From Sphagnum compactum (taxonomy: Eukaryota), in assembly GCA_965153455.1 (NCBI GenBank), contig OZ234493.1:22620213-22684212 (forward strand): a stretch of 64,000 nt of DNA, given 5' to 3'. The translations under genes and the position numbers were made by a program. Positions 25,845-37,200 of this stretch are shown one piece after another. The notes beneath the pieces are model-generated. The model saw only the letters and a program-made list of their open reading frames with translations. It was not told the DNA's origin and did not search any database. Within the stretch, counting starts at the first letter, position 1; each line of letters begins with the position of its first letter.

Positions 25845-27035
25845 CATGTATAGAAGAAAAACTGGCAATTTTTTCTTTTTAATTTTTTTTTTGGGCAATT
25901 TTTGGCATTTGAAATTCTCAACAATGGCTTCATTTTAGTCATTTTTATTTATTTATTTGCTTCGCTTTCTTTCAAAAAAAATTCCAGTAAAAAAATTGCT
26001 GAGCTATGTATGATGACAAAGTTCTTAAGGCATACATATGAGTGGTTCAAACTCTGAAGGATAAGAGATGCCAATAATAATAATAATAGTGTTGTTATTG
26101 GCTATCAAGGATTCCCCAAACAAATGTTGGGCCAAAAAAAGTGATATTGAAATTGCCTAAACTTTACTAAGTATAAGTTGGCTTACGACTTCATACATGC
26201 AAAAAAATGATGTATTTGTATTTGGAAAAATATATACCTTTTTTGGGTTTTTTTTTGGTTGAAATTTGGAAGTGAATTGGTTAATCCCACTAAATTTTTT
26301 AGCCTTGGATTGTTGTGAATTGGGCAAATTTGTGGAAAATCGGGTCAATGGGTGAATAATTTGAGCTTCATTTAGTTACCTTGATGCATTAAATTCAATT
26401 TTTATATCCATTTTAGAAGTTGAAACCTAAGTTATAACCTTGTTTAAATAGATCATTAGCACATTTATTGACCTTATTAGGTAAGTTTACTAAGTTCAAA
26501 TTCTATTATGATGGTGTGTCCCTTCACTCACTCACTCAGCTTCACTCACACATGGATTCACTTAGTGCTTGTCTGAAACCCTAAAATTATACTATGTATT
26601 CTAGTAGGCCCAAAATTAATTCTTAGGAGCAATTTTGTGGAGCATTCATGGAATTAAACCCAATTTGAATGATCCTTACACAATTAAATTTGCAAACAAA
26701 TATATGCCTGCCAAATTATTAATTAAATTAGATTCCAAGATTCCATTTCCCCCCCAAACACAATATTCCCCCCAAAGATCCCTCAATTTCCCTACACAAA
26801 GAAATTCTTAATGAGGAAAAAGTTTTGTTTTGTTTTTTTTTATTTTTTTTGTTTTGGGTTTTTTTCTGGGGAAATTTCAATGTTCCTAAAAATAATATAA
26901 TTTGTGCCCAAGCTGCCCAGTTCTTTGGAAAAAAAAAGTTCAAAACCCAAGAACCGTCGGTTCTTTGACCTAAGGAATTTGAACCCCACGGTTATCATAC
27001 CAAAACCAGAATTTTGAGAACCAGCAAGTAAGTGG

Positions 27036-27039
<4 letters not shown>

Positions 27040-27074
<35 letters not shown>
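27040..27074. repeat. (TG)n microsatellite
   Basis: About 17 TG units, directly visible. Confidence 0.9.
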
Positions 27075-27075
<1 letters not shown>

Positions 27076-29138
27076 ATTTATGCCTGGGCTGATAACTGAC
27101 GGGTATATGTTATGTGAAATTGAAAATTTTAAAGATTCAAAAATGAAATGATTCTGGAGATTTTTCAATTGCCACAAGTGAGGAGGGAAAAATTAGTAAA
27201 AAATCATCGATTTCTATATTTGGTTTTTAGTGTGTAGCCAAAAACATAAAAAAGATGATTAAAGATAATTTGTAATTCATATATCTGGTTTATAGCCAGA
27301 TTTGGCTAAATCTTTCCTTGTCAGTCACTTTGGCTGCAAACAAAAAAATTCCTAAAAAGACACTGACTTCAATCTTTGTGTGGCTCCTCAGAAGCTGATT
27401 CTCAAGAACCCAGCTGAGACCATCATCATGCATCCTCTGCCAAATTGCGGTAAGCTCACTACAGCAACTATCTGAACTCTAATAGACAAAATTCATAAAG
27501 AATATAGTCTTGTATTTGAAGACCAAATTGGTTGTGGCATTGCAATAGATTACCTTGTCTCTGTTCATATCTACAAGATTGCCAAGAGAACTCTGCAACA
27601 AAAAGTTTTAAGGAACCTGTTCTATGATTTTCCAGCAAAACCAAGAACTAAAAATGACAAGAAAGAGCGCACAGGTAACCTTTCGAGTGTCAATTATAAA
27701 GTACTATCAGATCATCACCTTCTTCATGAACGGTAGGGACTAGCTGCCATGACTTGTTTGCCAGGAATTTTGAGCCGATTACAGATATGGTTATCTACCC
27801 CAACTGTTGAGAGCTGAGGAAGTTGGTGGGGGCAAAATCTGTGTTCTGAGCTTCTTTCTCTGGAAGCAACAAGAATACTTTGTGCATGATGTTGGCTATA
27901 CAGTTTGTTAAACTCACTACTAAATGTGAACTAGTACTGATTGTCTGGTTTAGAGAGTTTTTTTGATCTTCAGGCCTGTGATGAATCCCCTTTTGGGTGT
28001 AGCTTACATAAGAACCAAGCCTTAAGCACACTGCTTTGTGACATGTGGAAGTTGTGAGGATTTGTTTCATTTAATCTAGCATTTTATTAGAAGTTTTCTT
28101 GTTACAAAGACTATGGCAAGGAATGAAACTTCATCCCTGAGAAATCAAAGTACGACAATTACCCTATCTGAGCACAGATAAGATGGTTGTTTAGAATAAG
28201 GCAAGAGGGAAGGGAGAAAGCTTGTTTGGAAAAAAGTTTTTTGTCCACCCGGCTATCCTGGTAGGACAGAAACAGAACAATCTGAGGGTTACATTATACC
28301 TGGAGTAATCCAACTAAATGTTTTGCAGTCATCAAGTCCTTCCTTCTTCACCATGTGAAACTCTGCAAGGAGTGCTAAAGGGATAGTGTAATGGAGATAT
28401 CAATAGGAAAGTGATCAAATCTCTCACCTGATCCACCCCCCAAAAACCCATTAACATCTGGCAGTCACTCCACACAGCCCATTCGTGCAACCGACTGCTT
28501 CAATTCACCACAATTTGAATTTTTACACAGACAAAAAAGTTCCACAGCAGATCAGTAATGGTCTCCTGATGCTAAGCAAACCAGCCACATGATCACTCTC
28601 ATATCATGCTCCACTGAAAGATGCTGCAATGGTGTGACACAAAAACCTTACAGGATGTAAAATATTCAGAAATTCACAATTCTTAAAGTTTCAAACCACA
28701 GTAAAGCACATATCTGACAAGGCAAGTTCCTGGTGAAAAACCAGTGGCCCGTTTCCAATCTACCGATGCTCAAGCAACACTGAAGAAAGGTGAAAACCAT
28801 GCATCTTAGAGTCAACTCTTCAACCAAAGCTTTGATACCTTTCAGTGTGAGAAGTAGCCAGGCTTACCCTGAAACAGTTGCAGGATGCTAAGAAAATGGA
28901 TTGGTGAAGGATTAGAACTTCATGTTTTCAAAAACAAAGTGCCTTAAAAGCTCCACACAATCAGAAAAGAAAATTGTGAAGAGTCATAGAAGATGGTCAC
29001 CCCTCTTTTTGAACAGCCACTGAGGTACCCTACATGAAGATATACGAGCCATGATTACAACTACATTGTGATTAGTTTAAAACCATGTTCCATTCCAAGC
29101 TGATGGTACTACTGTCCAGGATTATGCCCACTGTGAAA

Positions 29139-30075
29139 CTACCGTCCTCGTCCTCGCCCTCTGCCACGACCTCGGCCTCGTCCTCTCCCCACTGCTTTCC
29201 CTAAATCACATTAAAAAAACAAGAACAGCATTGGAAACAGTCCAACACATAGAACAGCATTGCAGACCAAACCAGACACACATAGGACTTAGGACTGGGG
29301 AGATTTTCTTAGGGAGTGCAAGAATGGATGGATTCAAGCAAAAAGGGGCATACCAGCAGTGGGTTTCTTGACCTTCACACGAGGAGTATCATCAACAAGA
29401 AGAGTGTCGAGATTCAAACTGTCAGGGAGAATGTAGTATCGGATATTGTTGCCACGAATACTGAGATGATCAAGTGTGACAGGGTTTTTCCCTCTCAACG
29501 TCAGCTTCACTGTCTTCAAATGAGTATTCATGCTGATGTCCACACCTGCACGACGTTTGTTTGTTTGTTTGTTTGTTTTTTATCCCCAGGTTACATTTGA
29601 CATTTGAAACATGCACACAGCAACTGGCATGACCCCTTCATTTTGCACACAAGACCAAAGAAAAAAAAAAAAACACAGAAGTACGCGTGACCTAGACTAC
29701 GACCAGAAAAAACGTGCGAAGGAAGTGAGGGAGAAGAACCTGTGATGGTGCCATGCACTATAGTTCCATTCTTCAGTTCTATCGACACCGTCTCATTGTT
29801 AAGCTTCATCAAAAACCTGCACACCGACAGAATCCAGTCACCCGCTACAAAACCTTCAGTCTCTAAACCGCCAAACCTAACGGCATTCCATCGTTTCCAG
29901 GGCGACTAACTCTCCCCGCATCCCCCCCGTTATGCCCCGCGCCTCAATGCTCAGAATCAGAAACAGCATAACAAAAAATTCCAAAATCTTAAGACGTCAA
30001 TCTCTCTCCTAAGAAATTGGGAAAGAAAAGAAACTAGGGAGTAGTAAAGGCAGGAGCATACCTGACGAGCTTCAT
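29139..30075 (-). CDS. SmD1: Small nuclear ribonucleoprotein Sm D1 (4 exons)
   Basis: Exons 30062-30075, 29740-29816, 29354-29545, 29139-29200 give [46 protein letters not shown]...[26 protein letters not shown] followed by a GR-repeat tail. Confidence 0.97.
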
Positions 30076-30286
30076 GCTGCCAAGAAACCTTTGTTTTCGC
30101 TCTCTGTGTCGAAACCAAAGAATGAGCAATCAATCAATCAATCGAAAGCTATGGCGGTCTCGATCGTCCACACTAGCGTTCTTGCTCCCGATTCGTGATT
30201 CTCTGCAGTCGAACGTGAAGGTTGGCGGAGCTCCGAGCCGCGCGAGACAAAACGGCCGGGCTCTTGCGCAGAGACGTGTTCGCAGT

Positions 30287-30332
30287 AAACCCTAATCACT
30301 GCAGACGTAAAATACTACTATCCTTAGGGTTT
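30287..30332. promoter_or_regulatory. Two telo-box (AAACCCTA) elements in opposite orientation in the SmD1 promoter
   Basis: aaaccctaa at 30287 and ttagggttt at ~30324, 210-260 bp upstream of the SmD1 ATG. Telo-boxes are known upstream of plant translation and RNA-processing genes. Confidence 0.5.
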
Positions 30333-31248
30333 CGTTATACATCCAAATTTTGTCATTCGTTGGAGGTCCGTCGACAGAAAAAAACTATTTGTTGACTTTA
30401 TCATTCATCTCGCCGACAAGGTCCGTCGTCCAATTTTTGTTTTATCAACATCAGGGTTTTCCTTTTTTGGCGAAATTTCGGCAATTGGCGAAATTTTTTC
30501 AAATTGAAGAAATATATATATATCCTTATTTAAACTGAACATAATTATTGTTTCCTTTTGTAGTCACCAAATCTGGCTAAATCATCTTATGGATGATCAC
30601 CATCTCGGCTCCATCACAAAATTATTGGAAAAGAAAAAAACCCCCACTCAACATTTGAGACCAAAAACATTTAGTTATCCAGCATCTACCAACATCACTA
30701 ATCCACTTGAAAAGTGGTTGAAGACAAAATTCTCTCGTCACTTTTGCCACTTTGGTTTCTATGACAATTGCATCCATTCAGTCAAGACAGATACAGGATG
30801 CAGGAAACCTCAAATACCGCATTGAATAAGGTGCAAGCACTACATGCATACCTCTTCCTTTGTATTCAGACACCAAGAATTCCCCGAGACATTTGATTTT
30901 TCAACCTGTTAAAATGCTGCAATCAGAGTAATTTGATTGAAATTGACTCACATCTTGTGGATAAAGAACTCTGAACCAATGTAAACTGGAAGAGGTCCAT
31001 GGTCTTCCTTCAAAGAAAAGCCACACTTATGAGGCTCCAGAACACTTTCAGTTCTTTTTCTTTGGAAGAATCGATACTACCTACAGAGCCTCTAGTGACA
31101 TCTTCAAGCAGGGTATGAAAGTGTTCCAATCAGTTATGACATCATAGGTTCTAACTCAAGCATCCAAAGTGATGCAGATTTTATCTCCATTTCTCAAGGT
31201 GGGCTCAACAGTTGACAATGATTTACAAATGCTGTGTGGCAGGAGTGA

Positions 31249-34200
31249 TCACAAGTGAATCCGAAGCATCTTAGTGACCCGCACTCCACAGTTGGGCTGG
31301 TGACAAATATCAACTGGCTTCGTGTTCTTGCAATCCAAACATGGTCCCAAATGCCCTGTACATAATGTTGTCACTTCAAGAGATTAGCCACTTTCTTTCA
31401 TCAACGATGGAAGATAACATCATTTTCTTTCAAGGGAAGGGTGGAGCAGGGGTGGGGTGAACTACAAATAAATCTTGTGTTCTTAGTGTAGCCTTCTGTA
31501 GGGAGAGCCCAAACTTTGAAGGAATCAAACATCTAACCAGAGACAAAGGTAACATATCAAAAAGACTTGCCAAAGACATGCTACCCCCTGTGAGCAATCA
31601 TGTATGCAATAGGATGGAGATGGTGAGACTTACGGCAATCAAGAATCAGATGATCTGGAGGTCTTGCATAACAGTAGCAACATAAATGGGCATGTTTCTT
31701 TTGTGCTGGCTCTGCCTCATTGATCATGATACTTTCTGTAGGAATTGTGTTAAAATGATCTTCAAGCTTTGATGAAGCTGAGAATGCAGATGAACTTGTA
31801 GCCATCACATCAGAAATAGATGTGGCAACCTGTGGAAAAAATGAGAAGCACATGTCATTTGGCAAAGCATGACCAAATCATCTGTAAGGATTAGGCAGTA
31901 CCTAAAAAATAAACATATTTTCTTGAGAATGATGTGAGATTATCCACTCAGTCACCCCCTGGTAATTACTTCATCTTCCAATAAACCAGACAGTAAAGAT
32001 GACAGACTAATCCCCATTCAGAATGATGCCTAACAGTGAAATGCCTAAAGTCAACAATCTGCATGTTGGCATTCATTAGGAGTTGACCAACCTCCATCTT
32101 GTACCATGTAACTGCTATGCTCCAATATAAGGCTGAGCTAACCAGAAACAATTAAATACATTTTTAAAGTGCAATTTTGGTTGACAATTGAAATTTCCTC
32201 GTCTGCTCAGGCTACTAATTAGTGGTGCAGGAGGCGCAAGAGCTCACATGGTTTACCACATCCCTGCGTTGAAGGTAAGTTTTGTGCATGTCGTATGCCA
32301 TAGTCCATGCCTCACTGTGAGGAGAAAACTTTACTCTGCACAGAATGAAACAATAACAGCAAATTACTATTGCAGAGTTAAGATATAGAGAGCAGAAAAA
32401 ACCTAGTTGGAAGACAATTGCTCTACAGTGCACCCAGTAGCCGTATTGACCTCTTGCAGGACAATCTTGGCCATCTCTATATTAGTACTTCATCCTGCCT
32501 AGTAAAATTAATTTGATTGGATGTCACAGGACTAAAACTCTACATTAACTACTTCAGATTCACACAACATCTCCATTTACCAGGTCAATAAGGTGTGAAG
32601 TCCAGATCACTGGAAACATGAGACTATCACTTGTGATGTATGGTCAAAACTACAGACATGGATGCCAAACATATCAGGTAGACTATGTCTGCTATTGCTG
32701 TGAGCTGAAGTTTCTGCACCAAGAATCAGACAACACCACAGCTACTCAATTCCTTCTATTTACCATTCATCAGGCCTCTCTCCAGCTTACCTTAACCAAT
32801 TTTCATGTTGACTTGACGCCTCAACAATTGCACCACGTTGGAATAACCCTATCTCTTTTGCAGTCTCTTGGGGCCCTTCTCTAACCCGATGCTCTTCTTT
32901 AGGAGACACCACCTGTCATTGTGCAAACAAAGGGATTAGTCCACCAGATCTGACTATTTTGAGTGGCTATCCAAATTATGCAGGATCTTCAAACATGTTG
33001 AAGGAAACTATTCAGGAATTTTTCCAAGAGAGAACTTCCCTTTGGGTTCAGATAGTTTGCATACCTCATACAAACATGGGAAGTGCAAAGATCCAGTTGG
33101 TACACTAGAGGTTGAGGAGACCTCCATGTGTACTGCTTCTTGAGTTCTAGTCAAAGACTCAGATGACCCTGTTGCTACTCCCAGGAAACGATCCTGACTG
33201 ACTGACAGGTCAGAAGACGTGGAACTTTTGAACGGCAGTTCCTTATCACCCATTTCCCCCTCAACCTGTTGCTTTTCTCGATCTTGCTGAAAAGCAAGAG
33301 GGTTGTATGCCTGCTTGGGGCGAGGTAGTAAAAATTGAGATACTAATTCTGGAACTGGAGTTGGGTGCTGAAGTGGAGGGTTCTTCACCAAAGGTTTATA
33401 CACAGATAAGGATCGGAATTGAGGGTCTAATGGATCACGTTCCACTGGCTTTGAGGCAGTGTCATGTGTTTTCTCCTGTTGGTCTGCAACAATTGCCTGC
33501 AGTTTTCCCAATACCACTTGAGATCTCTGAAATTCTTCGAACACAAAATTTTTCATTTGCAACACTGAATGAGTTAATGAATGACTGATTCTAAAAGGCT
33601 AGTAACTGCAATCACATCCAAGCTCTCTATAATCACAAGAGCTATTTCACCAGCAGGAATGAAGTGCTACACATATCTATGGCACCACCACTGTTGGCTT
33701 CAAAGTCTAGTTATACCACAAATTTGCGACCAAAAATATTTAATTTCATAACTTCTGCAAGAAACCAGCATCTTCAGCTCAATACATGTATGAAGCATAG
33801 CTAAACAATATCTCTGTCCATCCAGCCAGCAGTAGAACACAGATGCCACCTCAATAGCATAGCCACCATCCTGGCAGTAGCTTCTACATACCTTTGGAAA
33901 CAAATGTGGAAACAGTTCCATAGGTGAAAGCTGTGGCCTTTCTTTAACTAGTGGTGGTATGGTTTCTTCAACTTTGTTCTCTAGCTCCAGTCCCAGTTCT
34001 GATCCAACTGTGCTTGCTTTGGGTGACCATGACTCATTTCCTGGAAAGTTGCCATCTGATGATATAGAGAGAGGGCTCGGAGGTACTGCAAAATCTAATG
34101 AACTAGTTGTTAAATTGAGATTAGCAGGAGCAGATACCCTATCCTCTGAGGTAGTCTTCTGCAGTTCTGTATCAAATTTAGTACGAGGTATACCAAAGTC

Positions 34201-37200
34201 CATGCTCAAAGTTTGGGCCTTGTTTTTCAACCTCAATATTGACAAAACCTGGTTAACCTGCAGTCCAAAAATTCTGATTAGGGCTTCATACATAGGTTTG
34301 GTGTTGAGAAAAGGGGTGTACACACCTAGCCGTGCCCTTGCCTAAAAGGAGCAGTAAAGATCTCATCTCAAACAATCTGTGTTGTCCTATGGACATCCTG
34401 AATCATTTCAGTTCATTCCACCTTGGATACAAGTGGAACAATCTGAACGAATGTACATTCTCAGCAAAAGTGACTCTCTGAGAGAAAACCCACAAAATGA
34501 AAACACTTTGCATAGGAAGGATCATAAACAAAGGGGATGAATTCACCCCTTTATGTTTGAGACCTTTGTTCACAATTGCAAAATGTCTGACTTTGGAATT
34601 ACTGTTCACAAAAGATGGTCAGTAGTTTCAAAGTAACTGGATTCTACAGTTGTCCAAAAGTTGCAGATACATATTTCCTTAGCTGCACCTAGACACATGC
34701 ACTATATGCTCCAATACAATTGTCTCAAGGTTTCTGCACCATATCACTAGATCCATATATGTATAGGAGAAGTTGCTGCTCCTATATAAGTCTGATGGAG
34801 GACAAAAGACTCACATACCTGGGAGAAAGAAAGGTACAGAGACCTGCCAGACATCTGAGTGGCACCAGGGTGCACAGACTCAAGCTCTGTGCCTGTGAGT
34901 GAAATAGAAAAATCATGCAAGGTTTCAAACCCAACTGAAGGGGCATACACCAGCATAGACTGCATTGTGGGTCCCATCATCTGCATCATGGGGCTAATTG
35001 TTATGAACTTAGCTGAATGGCTCCTATTTTAACTAGCATAGCCTTCAATCAATAAGGAGAGAAGCTTGAAGTAACCAGATAAGATATACAATCTTCTCAA
35101 GAAGGTGTTTCCATGCATCAATCCCACAAATCAGAAACATCAACACTATTCTTTGGCATGCAGTCAGTTGCTCTTTGTTGACTTTGTACCTCAGCACTAC
35201 CCTCCCTGTGCCACATGGAGAGAACCACAAGTTGTCCACCCCACTACTTATAATAAACAGTCCAGATTCAGGGACAGAGATAACCCTGGATGGCACAAGC
35301 ATAAGGGCAGATGTGTAACATACCTGCTGCATCCCATATGAAGAGGATTGGTACACTCCAAATGTCTGCTGTGTTATGATGTTGTAAAGAAAAAGCATGC
35401 AGGTGCCAGGAGCTATGTGAGGAACTGCCAATAGATGCTTTGTTGACACACAGAAACGCCTCATCTGCTTGTACATTGCTAGTGTCTCGTCATTGCATCC
35501 TATCACCTGATTTCAGGCTCACAACCACCAGCCATATCCAAAATTAGACATGTGCGCACTTCAATGGTCCTACCCACCATATTTTTCTTCTATTCTTCCT
35601 CATCAAGACAAAGTTGCCTATTTACCAAACCAAGGGCAGAGATGCTGGAAGAGAAGTGACCACTTACTTGGCCAAAGAGAGAACTTGGTTTGCTGTACTC
35701 TTGGACTGGATAAGGAGAAGGTGATAAGCTTGGTGTACCATACTCAAGGGGAGGGAAACCAGAAGCTGATTCAGTCTGTGTCAGCATCCAATTGGGTTCA
35801 TTGATATTGTTGCTGTAGTAAACATGGGAATTATTGTTTTGGGGAAAAGGTGGCTGGTGAAAGTCAGGGGATGGTGGAAATTGGTAGTCGTGAATAGTGG
35901 AATAATGTGGTATTCTGTTCTCATCAGCCTTGACAGAAGAGACAGCACCATCACTAACATGCATGAAACTTCTTGTATCTACAAGGGGTGTTCCAGGTCG
36001 AGAAGAAGAGGTGAGGCTACTTGATGCAATGGAGGAATTGCCAATGCCAATTGAGGCAGGATATGTTGCATTAGAAGCTGTAGCAGAATCCATTTTGGAT
36101 AGCCCAGCAGATATTGACCCTGCTGCAAGGGTCCCTGCAGTGATAATAGATGAGTCTTCTGTACGTCTCAGGCCGTGCACTGAGGATTCTCCAATCACAA
36201 ATGGCTTTGCAGTAACCCGCAGTGTGGTCCCAAAACTTTTCATGGAAGTTCCTTTCAAGACCTCTGAACTCTCTGTCAGCTGGCCACTAGATGAATCTGA
36301 ACCACATGGAATTGTTGTAACAGGTGACTTGGAGACAGGTTCAATGGTTGAGACTTGCAACAAATTTGTGCCATGCAATTTTGGTGAGACAGCATGTGGC
36401 ACAGAGGGAGCCAATACCATTGGCAGTGTCATGGAGTTAATAATTGGAGTTGGACTTGCTCCTGGTCCTGATGCTTGTAATTCTGTTGGTTGGCAGGACA
36501 GTGTTGAAGCAGGTTGTGAATTTATGGCACATTTTACTGCTGGTGCAGGTAGTGGAGACCCAGGGCGCATACTTCCATGATTATGAGAGATTTCATCATG
36601 TTGCATTGTGGCCCCTGCCATGGCAAATAATTGACTTAGCCCAAAAGTCATTAGCAATTGACAATATGCACAAGTATGAAGAATAAAGCTCTAAATGTTC
36701 CATCCACTACTCTTATCCACAATACCTGCAACAGCAACCTGAGAATTTCCAGAACAGAAAAACGTCATTGACATCATTGTAGCCAGCAAGGCCTGAAACC
36801 CTTATACAAAACCAAGCTGACAAGAGGTAATGCATAACTCACTCTCAAATTCATGGGCAAGTAAGTATTCTTCAGCCACATTGTAGAAAATATCAGGTGG
36901 AAGTTGCTGCACACATTCAAACATCTTCATGAGAAAGAGACATTGACCAATTTTGAAGCAGTGCACAAATGAACTGAAGAAACTTGCATTCTTGGTTCAT
37001 AAGGTGAAGTGCTGCAAAAACAAAATCCAAGGAAACCTGTAAGGATGATAGTTTCAAACTTCTTGGTGTCAAGTTGACTACTCATGTCTGCCGTAGACCA
37101 TTCTGTTTAAGAGCAATGACTTTTTCTTACAGCCCATTATGGTTGTGAGACAGCTCCCTTGTTTCCTCTACAGATTGTGATCATGAAGTTTGTGCAGATT

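Noticed and set aside
31581-31683. CCYC...H...C as a CCHC zinc knuckle
   Set aside because: Splicing to 31355 completes a full C3HC4 RING, which explains the residues better.
32215-32335. HKTYLQRRDVVNHVSSCASC as an integrase H2C2 zinc finger
   Set aside because: The SCASC part lies beyond in-phase donors at 32256 and 32247, so it is probably intronic; no integrase core nearby.
35930-36580. 216-aa + strand ORF, and similar + ORFs at 33959-34345 and 43222-43716
   Set aside because: Antisense to Ser/Pro-rich exons of the large minus-strand gene.
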